From Ranitomeya imitator (Eukaryota): a stretch of 64,000 nucleotides of DNA. How positions within the stretch are numbered: position 1 is the first letter of the stretch; every line of letters starts with the position of its first letter. Location of the stretch: NCBI RefSeq assembly GCF_032444005.1, contig NC_091287.1:562216001-562280000 (forward strand), written 5' to 3'. Below, in pieces: positions 27,201 to 39,857 of the stretch. The notes under the pieces are model-generated. The model saw nothing but the letters and a program-made list of their open reading frames with translations. It ran no database searches and was not told where the DNA came from. The position numbers were made by a program, and so were the translations under genes.

Positions 27201-27440
27201 AGAGCGTGTGTATGAAGCCGGCTGTGGAGGGGGATGGCCGGGCCTATATACAGAGCGTGTGTATGAAGCCGGCTGTGGAGGGGGATGGCCGGGCCTATAT
27301 ACAGAGCGTGTGTGTATGAAGTCGGCTGTGGAGGGGGGATGGCCGGGCCTATATACAGAGCGTGTGTATGAAGTCGGCTGTGGAGGGGGATGGCCGGGCC
27401 TTTATACAGAGCGTGTGTATGAAGTCGGCTGTGGAGGGAG
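24290..27440. repeat. About 51-nt G-rich VNTR in EEF1D intron 1
   Basis: GTGTATGAAGCCGGCTGTGGAGGGGGATGGCCGGGCCTATATACAGAGCGT, roughly 60 copies. Confidence 0.95.
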
Positions 27441-30400
27441 ATGCAGGCAGAACCCGTTCCAATCCCAGGTTAACTCCTTAGATGCTGCAGTCAGTCACCG
27501 GCCATTCTGACTATGACCGCATGTGGGGCGGGTGACGGGGTATTGGCGCTGTGCACATGTGACGTCTGGATGAGTATAAGACCTGTGTGATGAGTGCACA
27601 AGGCTCAGGATTCTTATTAATGCTCATCATGTCCATAGTCCTAATGGGTTATCTCACCCGTAAAGGGGTTATCCACTACTGGACGGCACCTTTAAGCCTT
27701 CTGAGGGCCTATAATTGAATAAAAAATTAAGGCTGTTCCTAGTTCCTGCACCGTTTGTCCGCTTTGAGCCCTGTGTGATGTGACCACTGTAGGGGGACAC
27801 GGGGGTCAGAGCTGATGAGCATCGCCGGTGCAAGGAATATATTACATCCCTTCCTGATATTGGACTTGTCAGGTCCTTGTGTGCGATCTGGGCTCAGGAG
27901 CGGAGCCTGCACCATAATAATCATCTTTATTTTTATATATTTATCTATTTTATTTATATATATATATATTTTTATACCCGCTAGATGCCGGCTGTGTTGT
28001 GTAGCCATCATCTGGAAGCGATCTGGGCTCTGCTCGCTGCTGTTAAACCCTTAGATGCTGCTGTGAATCTCTGACTGCAGCATGTGAAGCATTTCTGTGC
28101 AGTGGATTGTCTGCATTGCTGACCATTGTGCAGTTTTCCTCCGCTGTCCTTTCGCCGCGTCCACAGCTACTCTGGAGTTTTTTTCCCAGCTGTGGAAGTG
28201 ACCACTACTACGACTATTATTCCGTCCCTCGTCCACGTAATCTGTGTCTCATTTGGCCCCTTGTGACATTGATCAGCCGCCCCTGGCTGCGGGACCAATA
28301 AAAAATGTAAGGAAAAAGTCCCCAAAAACTAAATAGAATCTGAAAAGTAAAGTGCGAATGACAAGTATAAATAGCCGTCACGATTCATTTGTTATAGTGA
28401 ATCCTCGTATTTCTTTTCTTCCTTCTGAAAAATGTGGGAATTAATTGCCGGGTGGGTGTCACAGGCTAGGGGGGGACGGGGTGTCCTGTCCGATCAGTGC
28501 TGAAAAGGGGAATGGCATCGATGTATTCCTAGTTATCCAGGAGGAATAACTGAGGAGCAGCACAATGCAGACCTGAATGACCTGCTGTCCTCCGCGGCTC
28601 TGTTGTTCTCCTGCTCTCTGGTTGTGTGTAGATGAGTGAGGGGCTCGGCGCTCTGGTAATGGCTCCCGCAGTCTTTGACAGGGTGGGTCGCATTGTTTCA
28701 AGGGGTCGCCCTTATGAAGAAATATCTGTAATTTACATGAAATTCTGAGATGTTGATTCTTTGTGTCTCAGTCCTGCTCCTGAGGTCGCGCTCTCTTCTA
28801 ACCTTGCCACTTTCTCTTTTCTGCTGACTCTGCTGCGCAGTTCTCCTGCGGTACATAGTGAGTATGCACACTGTAGTCTGCTCCACCTGCATGTCTGCAC
28901 GATTTCCCCATCCATCGCTCCATCCTACGGTTCTTTCTTTCAGTCATTTCTGGAGGATTTAGTGAGACAGATGTTTAGTAATGAGAATACTGGTAGTGTA
29001 TGGATATGTAGCAGAGCCCAGCACTCAGCCATGTTTGCTGTCTGTTTTAGCGGCCTCCCTACAGGGTAATTATAGGAAATTAATAGGAAATCAGAGTCGT
29101 GCCAGAATCGCTTATCTCCTGTCTACAGGATTGTCAAGTGTCTTTATTGCTGGAGATCCCACTGATCACAAGAAAGGTCATAGTCCGGGCCTGCGGCGGG
29201 GGCCCTCTCCGCCCTCCTGGCCATTAGTCGGGTGAATTGCCGTCTTCACCGGCTTTCAGCTCCTCTTCTAGGTCACGTGACAGCGATTCTGACGTGCCGG
29301 CTACGGATATTTGTTACATACACTCACATTGTAGAAGCCCCTTCCAGCTCATACATGGATCCTGGTGTGAGCTGGCAAGTCAGTAGTTATCACGTGACCC
29401 AGAAGAGGCGCGGAGCTGGAAATTGGGGATGATGGCGATAACCACATAGACACTTCCACAGGTTAAGCCAATAAAAAGTTTCAGGAAAGGACAGGATAGC
29501 CACAGATTGCCTACGTGTAACTGTGGACTTGGTGACGAAAGTATCTGCCACAAATCCTATTGGTATTGAATCCCTATTCCTCGCAGCGCTGTTACATGCA
29601 GGGCACCATATGCAATCTGTCTGAAGAACGTCCTTTCGAACAAAGCGTCTTTTGGATTGCTTTGCTAATTAATCTGATTATTATTTTTCTGCAAGCTGAG
29701 GAGTGCCAGATTCTTTCTTCACTGAGTATATTGAGTGGTAACCTATCCTGGAGCCATATTCTTATAACGAGTGACGTACATCCTATCTACATGTCACTGT
29801 GGACTATCTGACATTTCAGATCGTTAGATTGAGCCCCAGGATAAAAGTAGGAGGGTCACTGAGATATAGAAGCAGATCTGCATCGAGGTGTCGGACTCCA
29901 CCATGAGGACCAGAGCGATCTGTAGTGTTAAGTTCTTACATCAGATGTTGTCTGGGATAATCCGCTGCGTGCGGCCGCACAGATCGTCATTTCCCTTCTC
30001 TCTGTGTATCTGTCTGGCTGATCCTGACCTCCCCTATCTTCCTTCAGAGCTCTGTAGTTTCCATTGCATGTGTCTATCTGCACCAATACCACCATCGGGA
30101 AGGCACAACCATGGAGCGGAACTGCTACTACCAGCCTATATATTATACGTGGAGCCAATCTGCCCAGTGACGGCCCGTACACAGTATTGGCAGCTGAACC
30201 CGATGGAAGCAGATGTCTCTGGAGTTCCTCCAGGGTGCAGCTGTTGTGTAGCGTCATGTATTGGAGGCATGCTGGTAGCGACGTCTCCTCTGGCTTCATC
30301 CAGTTCCTCTTCATGGTTGGCAGCGGGTCCCAATTATTTCTCTTCCGTAGTAATGCCGGTTCATCCATCGTTTACTCCACCTTCTCGAACTACTACTCCA

Positions 30401-30866
30401 CCATGCTGAATTCAGTTCCACCTCCCCCGGGTCTCCTGTGTTTTTTGCAGCAGGAGTTGGAAGCGCGTTCATGGTCCATCTGCAGATCATTGCATGATAT
30501 GGCTTCGTAGAAATGTGGTCTTAACCAGAGAAGACCCCTCGGATCCCCACCCTCTAATGCTTCGCTGGGCAAGGCTCAAGTACCACTCTTTTACAAAGTT
30601 GCCATTGAAGGGGTCTCTTACTTTTGCATTAAGTTGTAGTTTTCTGCCGCAGGTTGTGACTGCCCCTGATGGCTTGTAATGAGTTGGTCCTCCCCATAGG
30701 GATGAGCAGCCTCCAGTATCACGTCTGATCAGTCTGAGCCTCCATGGCCGCCCATCTTTACCCCTTCGGCCCCATGGGTCTTCTCTGGTAAACTACCTGT
30801 GTTGCTTGTGCACTTCTATTTGGCGTTACAGCTCTTGTTGTCTTTTAATGCTGCTGGACGGTGAAG

Positions 30867-31969
30867 ATGAGGACGAGGAAGCATCAAAGCCCGGCCGAGT
30901 CCAGCTGGGTAGAAAAACTCAAGTGTGAGGATGGCGCCAAACTCGTGGGCGAAACTCAGACAACGCCAAACCCTAAGAAGAACGAAGAAACAAACGACTC
31001 CCAGTCCGAACCCTTGGAGAACTCCCTGACCACCGACCAGAAGAAAGTCAACGGCAAAAAGCAGAAAAAGAGGCGAAGGTCCCCCCGAAACAAAGACTCT
31101 CCTCTGAAGGCAGAGGCCGCACTCCTTGGCATGATGGCAGACTCTGTATGGTTGGATAAGTATGTCTACGATGACGCTGAATGTTATTACCACGCCAGGC
31201 TGGCCACGGAGCAGAACCTCCTGCCTTCAGCCAAGGCGACTGCCATTAAAAAACACAAGAACAGTGCCATGGGCGGCTGCTGCCACGCTAGTACGGTGGC
31301 ATGCCACCACGTAAGCAAAGGCATCTGGGTCAACAAGTTCAACTTCGAGGATGCAGAGAGCCATTTTGTCATGCGGTTTTCCTCCCCGCTCGTTCCCCGT
31401 GTGCTAAACCTCAACCTGCTCTCTCCTGACTGCACGGCACCAAAGACACCCGACGAAGGATACGCAAGTGCCACCCCGACCCCGGCCGCCGTGCACAATC
31501 CACTAACTGTAAACGCCATAGCATCGGACCGCACTGTGAACGGGAAGCCCCACTGGGCCGGGCTGCAGAGCCTGCTGTCCGAGGTGTGGCTGGACAAGTC
31601 GCTGTACGACCAGGCGGAGGCACGGTACTATGAGCATGTGGCACAAGCCAAACCCAACCCCAACGCCTGGAGCCACCACACCGGCAAAAGGGCTAAAAAG
31701 GACAAATGGAGCCGCAAATCTGCCGGGAAGCAGAGGAAGGAACTGGCCAGTATCCCGGAGGAGGCCACCACCAACGCGCTGTATTACCCCACGTACTATC
31801 TGCACAGCGACAGCGAAAGGGTATGGCTGGACAAGGTCGCGTACGACCAGGCCGAAGAAGACTTCCACTCCACCCGAAGCCATAGGACCACCGACACCAT
31901 GAAGTACTACAAGTCACCATCTGTAGCCAAACGCCCCAGGGCTGTAAAAAGCAGACACAGTGGCAAGAA
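30867..31969 (+). CDS. EEF1D: EEF1D long-isoform (eEF1B-delta-L) alternative coding exon
   Basis: Acceptor ttacag at 30831, ATG at 30867 (MRTRK), NLS-like KKQKKRRRSPR, and VACHHVSKGIWVNK resembling mammalian VACHHVTWGIWVNK. The phase-2 donor AA|gtagga joins in frame to exon 33273. Confidence 0.85.
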
Positions 31970-33045
31970 GTAGGAGCCTAATATATATTTATATATCCTT
32001 CTGTAGTGATGTCACGTTGTGTGCTCTAATGTCAGTGTGTCATTTTGTCGGTGTGAGGCCACAGGTGGGACTCGCACATAGGCGATGCCCTCCGCACCCA
32101 AGGCCTCTGCCGTCACCGAGACCCCTCTCAGCTTCCTAATCTGCTTTGTTCCCTTCTTTACCATCTTCTTATCTGTCAGTGACAGATTTTGCACAGATAA
32201 AACCGCATTCTGATTCTGAGGTTCTGTTACTGCGTAGCTGGCAGACATAGTACACGTCTCTCTCATTGTGGTTTGTTGCAGCGTGTCAGTGACACCTGGT
32301 AAGATGCATCCATTATAGCAGCTATCCAGAACCTCTGACAGGTCCGCCACCTGGCAGGTATTATCAGGACAGGGCACCTGACCGTGCCACATCCTCAGCA
32401 CCCCCCGTGGGAGAACTCCAGTAACCCACAATCTTGCACATAAAGGCGTCTGACACCAGTGAGGTGTCCATATTACAGGGAAATCGGTTTACTTACCAAT
32501 TATCTTCACGGTGGGGTCCAAACAGATCGAACAGCCTGGGATGGGGGGAGCCATGCTGCCGCTCCTATCACAAGATTAGAGCCAGTGGACGTGATTTTAT
32601 CCACTGGTCGGGATCCTACATCCGGGCGAGTGAGTGGGCTGATTGCGTGCATACAACATGGCCTGGACTCCGTGTTCAGTTCACTGACAGCAAGCAGAGG
32701 GGTTTGAAAATAGAATTAAAACACAAAATGAGATGGCAGATTTTTACGTGGGGCTTCGAGACTTTTTTTTTTTTTTTTTAGTATTTCAAGGCAACAACCT
32801 TGTTCATTCCTTGCCCTTATCAGAGATACATTCCCTTTAAGACCTTCCATATCCTCCCCGGGATTAAAAAAAAAAAATGAAAATTGGGGGGTAATGATCC
32901 ATCCACAGGGGTGGGTGCTGTAGTTAATGACACCCTCCGGAGCTGCATGCGTCCTGTACTGTACCCATATCACAGAGGCTCCTTAGCCCTGAGCCCGTCG
33001 GGCCCTCACATGGTGGATGAAACTTGTCGAGCCTCCTGCACACAC

Positions 33046-33245
33046 GGCATCGGCCCGGTGCTGCTGTTTTGCCCTTATGTTGGCCGGCATCGGCCCGCTG
33101 CTGCTGTTTAGCCCTCATGTTGGCCGGCATCGGCTCGGTGCTGCTGTTTTGCCCTCACGTTGGCCAGCATCGGCCCGGTGCTGCTGTTTTGCCCTCACGT
33201 TGGCCGGCATCGGCTCGGTGCTGCTGTTTTGCCCTCATGTTGGCC
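33046..33245. repeat. Five ~40-nt tandem units just upstream of an EEF1D acceptor
   Basis: GGCATCGGC(C/T)CGGTGCTGCTGTTTTGCCCTCA(C/T)GTTGGCC repeats. Confidence 0.9.
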
Positions 33246-33276
33246 TCATTCTTGTTGCTGTGTATCTTACAGAGAC

Positions 33277-33402
33277 ATGGCGGCGTCATTCCTGAGTACA
33301 GACAAGATCTGGTTCGATAAGTACAAATACGACGATGCCGAGAAGCAGTATTACGAGCAACTGACCCAGAAGTCTGGACCCGACTGCGAGAACCAAACGC
33401 AG
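33277..33402 (+). CDS. EEF1D: EEF1D first coding exon of the short isoform
   Basis: ttacag|AGAC ATG; [28 protein letters not shown]...QTQ|gtgagc. Confidence 0.93.
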
Positions 33403-33967
33403 GTGAGCACCGCGGAGGGCGCAGGGCTAATAGCTCCACGTGCATGGAGGATACATGTTCTTCAACTATCATGTCACTCTTGTGCTAAAGTAATGGCCCC
33501 CTCGCCCCAGGTCACTGGGTGCAGCGGTACGTGCGCTGAAGGTTTCAGGTCCGGCTGCAGTATCTGGTATGACTCCCATGTGCTCCTGCCGACGTCTTGA
33601 GTCATTGTCCTTCCAAATTATTCGGCACCCAAGGATCCATTGTGGCGGCTGGATTCCGGTATCGGAGGGGGCATTTACTTTTTCACATGGGTGGTGTGGT
33701 TGTCTGACACATGGGGGACATCTGGTGGGGGCCTGAATACCTGAAATTGCAAATTAAAGGGACCCCCAATCCTGCTTTTGCCTAATCTGGTCCAGTGTGT
33801 GGAGGGCGCTCGCCCGGATGATTTATCTTCCTCGCTTTTCAAGATCTCTGCTTGCTGTCAGACATTCCTGAGGCGGAAAATCTTTCCTGTCCTACATGTG
33901 GCCAGAAAGCAAAATTATTAGACCTCAGGCAGAGATGTTGAAAATGGGGTCTGGCTGCTCCACTTGT

Positions 33968-34505
33968 CATCGGACCCCACAGATGGCTGTGTACTGAGTG
34001 TCCTGTTGATGGTGCGGGGACCCCCAAACATCGGACCCCACAGATGGCTGTGTGTACTGAGTGTCCTGTTGATGGTGTGGGGACCCCCGTACTTTGGACC
34101 CCACAGATAGCTGTATGTACTCAGTGTCCTGTTGATGGTGCGGGGACCCCCGAACATCGGACCCCGCAGATGGCTGTGTGTACTGAGTGTCCTGTTGATG
34201 GTGCGGGGACCCCGTACATCGGACCCCACAGATGGCTGTATGTACTGAGTGTCCTGTTGATGGTGCGGGGACCCCGTACATCGGACCCCATAGATGGCTG
34301 TATGTACTGAGTGTCCTGTTGATGGTGCGGGGACCCCGTACATTGGACCCCACAGATGGCTGTATGTACCGAGTGTCCTGTTGATGGTGTGGGGAACCCT
34401 GTACATCGGACTCCAGAGATAGCTGTATGTACTGAGTGTCCTGCTGATGTGGGGACCCCTGTACGCCAGACCCCAATGTCACCACAAACGGCTGTATGTA
34501 CCGAG
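33968..34505. repeat. About 62-nt intronic tandem repeat, ~9 copies
   Basis: CATCGGACCCCACAGATGGCTGTATGTACTGAGTGTCCTGTTGATGGTGCGGGGACCCCGTA units. Confidence 0.9.
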
Positions 34506-34738
34506 TGTCCTGTGGCCGCTTCTTCCCCCGCCGGCTGGTTTGGCGTCTGCTTCTCTTCCTTTTGGCCGCTTGCCTCTTGCTCTGTGGTGGTGTTCGCCCC
34601 GTATCTGCATCCTCGCCCCGTATCTGCATCCTCGCCCTGCTCCGGGCGCTGCCACCTGTATATTCCCTCCCGTCAGCTCGATCTGCCATCGCTGGTAACA
34701 TGTAAATGTGTGTGTGGTTCTTTGTGCACGGCCTACAG

Positions 34739-34810
34739 GAAGACGGAGCAAGTACAATCCTCAAGGACATTGCCAGAGCCAGGGAGAATATCCAGAAATC
34801 GCTGGCCGGA
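34739..34810 (+). CDS. EEF1D: EEF1D coding exon
   Basis: ctacag|[24 protein letters not shown]|gtgagt. Confidence 0.93.
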
Positions 34811-35233
34811 GTGAGTACCTGCAGGCGGTGCTGCCGTCCCGTCACCAGAGGCGGCCGCCGTCCTCTACCTCCTGCTGTGTGTAATAACCCGTGTGTGCCG
34901 AGGTCTGCCGTCCGCCATCACTAACACTGACGTGTCTGATCGATCTCCGGTGTTCTGACAGGGTGTATGGGAGAACTCCGAGCAAAACTCAAAGTGATGC
35001 AGCCCGATCTGCTGGCAGCTGCAGAGGCCCGGAGGTGGCGGCCATTCCTCCCCCATTACTGGTGGATGGAGCAGGCGACGCTGAGATTTTATCCCTGCCC
35101 GTCCACACTCTGCGGGAAACACCCTCAGTGGACATTCCCCATCAGACTCTGACCAGGAGCCTGGGACGAGGGTGAAAGCTGGGCAGATGCACACGGCGGG
35201 GGACTACTCCTGCTGATGTGTGAAGCCCCCGGA

Positions 35234-35548
35234 GGGTCATGTTCACACACAGGGTTTTGATTTAGATTCTTGAGTCGCATCGGCTGCAAAATCCATCAGA
35301 AACCGCTTTGCCTTCTGCTGAATAAGCCTCACTGATCGCAGTGGTAAATTTCAGCGAGGGGGAAAGTGACGCCGCTTTGATGCAGATTTCTCCTGGGAAC
35401 TTGAGGCTGGAAAAACCCTGAAGGTCTCTGCCAAAATCTGCACCGAGCGTTGTGGCTTTCACTGCGAGAAAACTGCCAGCGTGAGGAAGACATATAGTAA
35501 CATGCCATACTGGCATCCTCTGCGTGTGCACCCTGTGTGAACATGCCC
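35234..35548. mobile_element. Probable Harbinger-like MITE in an EEF1D intron
   Basis: GGGTCATGTTCACACACAGGG versus CCCTGTGTGAACATGCCC inverted ends; no clean target duplication. Confidence 0.5.
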
Positions 35549-36932
35549 ACAGGGGGCAGTATCGCGCTCCCATGATGCTGCAGCCGGACTTGCCGCTTCC
35601 GGTCTCCTCCAGGCAATTTTCTTTTTCTGTTTTTGAGTTTTGTTCCAACCCTCCTGTGTATGGTCAGTAACGCTGCGCCCCCTCCAGATTGGCCTGATTA
35701 TGGGACGTGATGGAGGCAGGGGTGCACAGTAACTGGCCGCGCTCCTGACGGTCTGTGTCTGCGGCTGCTGTGTAAAGCGGAGCCGCACCGCAGGTCGTAT
35801 ACGCCATTACTGTGCACACTCCTGGAATCGGGCAACACTTTACAGCTAAACCTCCATATTATGCACATCATTACTTTGCAGCACTGATTTTTGAGTTGCT
35901 TGATGTTTTATACTCCGCTCACATCCCAAGCTGCAGTCCGTTATTACAATGCATAAAGAATAAGTGTTTACACCCAAGTATTCGTGCAGCTCTAGATGTG
36001 GCCGGAATATAAGATCTGATCCATAGAAAAGCAGCAGATCTCTGCGTTGTTATTGTAGATGCCATGTTATATACAGGGTGGTGGGGTAGGGGGGTCCGCT
36101 TGACTACTTGCTAACTTACCGGACCGGTGTGTAGGGACTGATGGCTGACCTTGGCGTCCTGTGCATGACTTCCATTAATCCTCCCCAGTCTTCCTCTGCA
36201 TGGCTGCTCCTGTCTCTCCGTCCCCCCATTCCTTCTTGCCTGCGTCCCCCCGATGTCCCGTTTTCAGTCATTAAACAAATCCACATTTCTCCCCCTTTCT
36301 AGCTGAGGACAGTCCTGCATAGTCCTAAGGAAGGCCAGGCTCCCCCTCCCCCGAGCCAAACAGGGTCCCATACTGTAAGTCTAATCCCTCCTGAGACCCC
36401 TGGGGTTTACGGTCAGGCCCTGCAGAGGTTACACATGTCCTCTATGGGGGCAGCACCTGCATCACGTCTGCTCCAGTCACATCCAGAGCTGCGCTCGCCT
36501 CGCTGAGGACTGCACAGAATAGGCCGGGCTGTGAATGCAGCTTTGGATGTGACTGTATTACATAGGGTGGAGTTGCTCTTCTCTTTCTGTGCTATAGAAG
36601 AATACAAGGTTGATATAAGGGGGTCTCCCACCCATATTGAGGTCGTACGCCCCCCCAGTCTGCATGTCCGTCTTAGTTTCTGCTCTTGGCTGCTGGGATT
36701 CTGCTCTTTCCTGGAGCCGAGCTCTCGCCTTTGGCTGCACTAAAGTGTCCTCCATCTGCTCCCTGTCGCCCCTCGATCATCTTAAGGGGCCGCAGCCTAG
36801 TATGTTATACCCCTCCCCCACCGCTGGTCATCACATCTCAGCCTATATCCATTAGTCGGGGTCTGTTACACGTTTTTTGTCCGTCGTTTTTTGCAGGTCT
36901 TAATCTTTTTTTTCTCCCGGTTACTTTTGCAG

Positions 36933-37020
36933 AGTGCGGCCGCCCCTAACAGCGGAGAGAGCTGCGAGCTCCTGTCACGGGTCGCCAGCCTAGAACATGA
37001 GAACCAGAGCCTGCACAAAG
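36933..37020 (+). CDS. EEF1D: EEF1D coding exon (leucine zipper, first part)
   Basis: ttgcag|SAAAPNSGESCELLSRVASLEHENQSLHK+G|gtgcgt. Confidence 0.92.
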
Positions 37021-37119
37021 GTGCGTGCCGGGGGGGTGACTGTCTCTGTGCCGAGGGCAGGGCCGCAGACCACCCGTGGCTTATTGTATATTGATCCACC
37101 CTCGTTTCCATGGTTTTAG

Positions 37120-37229
37120 TGGTGAGGGACCTTCAGTCGGCCATCTCCAAACTGGAAAGCCGGGTCAGTACACTGGAGAAGTCCGCGACCTCCAAAGCAT
37201 CGGCCCCCCTGCATCCCCCTGTGTGCAAG
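37120..37229 (+). CDS. EEF1D: EEF1D coding exon (leucine zipper, second part)
   Basis: ttttag|(V)VRDLQSAISKLESRVSTLEKS...PVCK|gtatgt; phase matches the previous exon. Confidence 0.92.
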
Positions 37230-37963
37230 GTATGTGGGGCTTATAGGGGGGATTCATCACTTATCTGCGTCAGTGGCAGGGGGCTGTCACACCCCAGCGA
37301 CCTGTGCTGGCTCTGATCGCAGCTGCCATCCTCAGTTACCACCATCTTCATAGACTCACAAAGCCAAATCTTTGCACCTCCTCGAGAAAATGCAATAAAA
37401 AGTGATAAAAAAAGTAAAGTTTTCTGTACACAAAATGGTACCAATAAAAATACAGCTTAACCCACAAAAAACAAACCTTCATACTGACGCATCAAGGGCC
37501 TGGATAAGGTTACAGCTCTCAGAAAATGGCGACTCGTGTTTTTCACCACTATTTCTCTGGACTAATTATTCAAATTTTAACATATAAAATTACTATAAAA
37601 AAATAAATTTAAAAAAATGCAAAAAAAAAAAATCCAAGTCATCCTGCAAAGAAAGGAAAGACTCCTACAGCCAAGGTGAACAATAAATAAAAAGGTTATG
37701 GGGGGTTGCAAAAACAATTTTGCTGGTCTGGAAGGGTTAACCCTTAGCTCTCTGTGATGGATATATACGTTGTGGGGCTGAGCTGTGCCCGGTCCACATA
37801 GGGCAGATGCCAAGTATATTACACAGCCGCCATCTTTTTCCTCCAAGATGGATGTTTTATTGTCCAGTCTCATTTACTGGGTAAAATCTGTGTCCCATGA
37901 GGGAATGTTCCATCGCTGAGATTTGGGGACAGTTGGTGCTTATAAGATTCTATGGGACGGAAA

Positions 37964-39120
37964 CCCTTTCACAACCTTGGGATTTTCAGTTTTTGTTTTT
38001 GCACCCCTTCTTCCCAGAGCCATAAGGTTGTTTTTTATTTTTTATTTTTATATTTTTCCATCAATATAGCCGTGAGGAGGTTATTTTTTTGCAGGATGAG
38101 TTGTACATTTGAGCGACACCATTGGTTTAACCACATCGTGTACTGGAAATTGGGAAAAAAATTCCAAGTGTGGGGAAATTGCAAAAAAAAAAAAAAAACA
38201 CCTGTGTAATTCCACAATTTTTAGTTTTTTTTCTGTTTACTAAATGCTAAAACTGAGCTGCCATTATGATTCTCCAGGTCATTATGAGTTCATAGACACC
38301 AAACATGTCTAGGTTCCTCTTTATTTAAGAAAAAATCCAAAGTTTGTGGGGAAAAAAAACAAAAAAAACAAAACACTGTTCAGGATCTGCTGCTAAGTGA
38401 GAGCTTATTTTTTGTGCACCAAGCTGATGTTTTTATTGACACCATTTTGGGATAGATACAATGTTTTGATCGGCTTTTATTGTAATGTTGCTGCGAACCT
38501 AAAAAAAAACATAATTCTGTTTTTTTAATTTTTGTTTCTCATTTCACCATTTACCAATCGGATTAATTATTTTTATATTTTGATAGATCGGACACTTCTG
38601 AATGCGGCGATACCAATTTTTTTTTTTTTTCTTCTTTATGATTTTAATTTCGGGCAAAAGAGGGCGATTTGAATTTTTTTTTTTTTTTTTTAATATATAT
38701 ATTTTTTCTACTTTTTGCATTTAGGCTTCAATAGTTTCGTTAGGAGACTTGAAGCTGCGATCGTCTGCCCTGCAGAAATCATCATCTCCGATGAGCACCG
38801 TCCACGGCGTCCATTGCTGATCTGCAATGACAGGAATGGTGGGGGGGTCTTCTGCAGATCTCCAGTTGTGATGCCTGCCCATTGGCGCCCTATGATCATG
38901 TGACAGGTGCCGATGGGCGGGGCTTTTGACCCGCTGACAGCGGTATTTAACATAACAGCTGTTGGTGTATTGTGATTCCACCCGCGGCTGTTAGGGGCAC
39001 ATGATGGCTGATCAGACTAGCTGTCATGTGTGGGGAAAGATGGGGGCTCAGAGCCAGAGCCCGTACCAAAGGGGGATACACGACCTATGACATACCTATA
39101 CGTCATGGGTCGTGAAGGGG
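37964..39120. mobile_element. Old non-autonomous piggyBac-like element in an EEF1D intron
   Basis: CCCTTTCACAACC versus GGTCGTGAAGGGG inverted ends; the TTAA flanks are degenerate. Confidence 0.55.
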
Positions 39121-39268
39121 ATAAATCTACAACTTGTCTCACAAAAAGAAAACCCTGATCCGGTATAAGAAATGGCGAAGACTGACGAAAGAATGAAAAC
39201 GCAACGACTTCTACACAGGATACCGGTGACTCATACTTATATAATTATGTGTTTTTGTTTTTCTATAG

Positions 39269-39493
39269 CTTCCTGCCCCAAGACCGGCACCTGCTTGCCC
39301 GCCAGCTGCAGCCCCACAATCGAAGGCAGAAGAGGATGAGGACGACGATATCGACTTGTTTGGTAGCGACGACGAAGAGGAAGACACAGAAGCTGCCAGA
39401 ATCCGAGAGGAGAGATTGCAGCAGTATGCCGAAAAGAAATCCAAAAAGCCCGGACTCATCGCCAAGTCCTCCATCTTGTTGGACGTGAAGCCG
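39269..39493 (+). CDS. EEF1D: EEF1D coding exon (central acidic region)
   Basis: ctatag|LPAPRP...[19 protein letters not shown]...[11 protein letters not shown]|gtgagt. Confidence 0.95.
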
Positions 39494-39662
39494 GTGAGTG
39501 GTGCTCGGCACTGGATGTTGGCAGCACAACCTTCCAGTGCTGCAGAATCTGGGTGACATCTGCGTGAAAGGCGCCCAGCAGATTGCAAGGTGTAATGCGC
39601 AGCATGCCTCTGTGTGCGGTGTCTCCTGCCACAAACTATAACCCCTGTTGTGTTCTCCACAG

Positions 39663-39857
39663 TGGGATGATGAGACTGACATGGCGAAGCTGGAGGAATG
39701 CGTGCGCTCCGTGCAGATGGACGGCCTGCTCTGGGGGTCCTCCAAGCTGGTGCCTGTGGGCTACGGCATCAAGAAGCTCCAGATCCAGTGTGTGGTGGAG
39801 GACGACAAGGTTGGCACGGACATGCTGGAGGAGGAGATCACAAAGTTCGAGGACCAT
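39663..39857 (+). CDS. EEF1D: EEF1D coding exon (GEF domain)
   Basis: ccacag|[53 protein letters not shown]...FEDH|gtaagt. Confidence 0.96.

Noticed and set aside
24277-27510. Many short Gly/Cys-rich ORFs
   Set aside because: Translations of the intron-1 VNTR.
27500-30800. Additional exons or ORFs in EEF1D intron 1 (e.g. 29928-30368, 30064-30510)
   Set aside because: No recognisable homology or consistent splice phase. The region contains only short decayed MITE-like fragments that I could not delimit.
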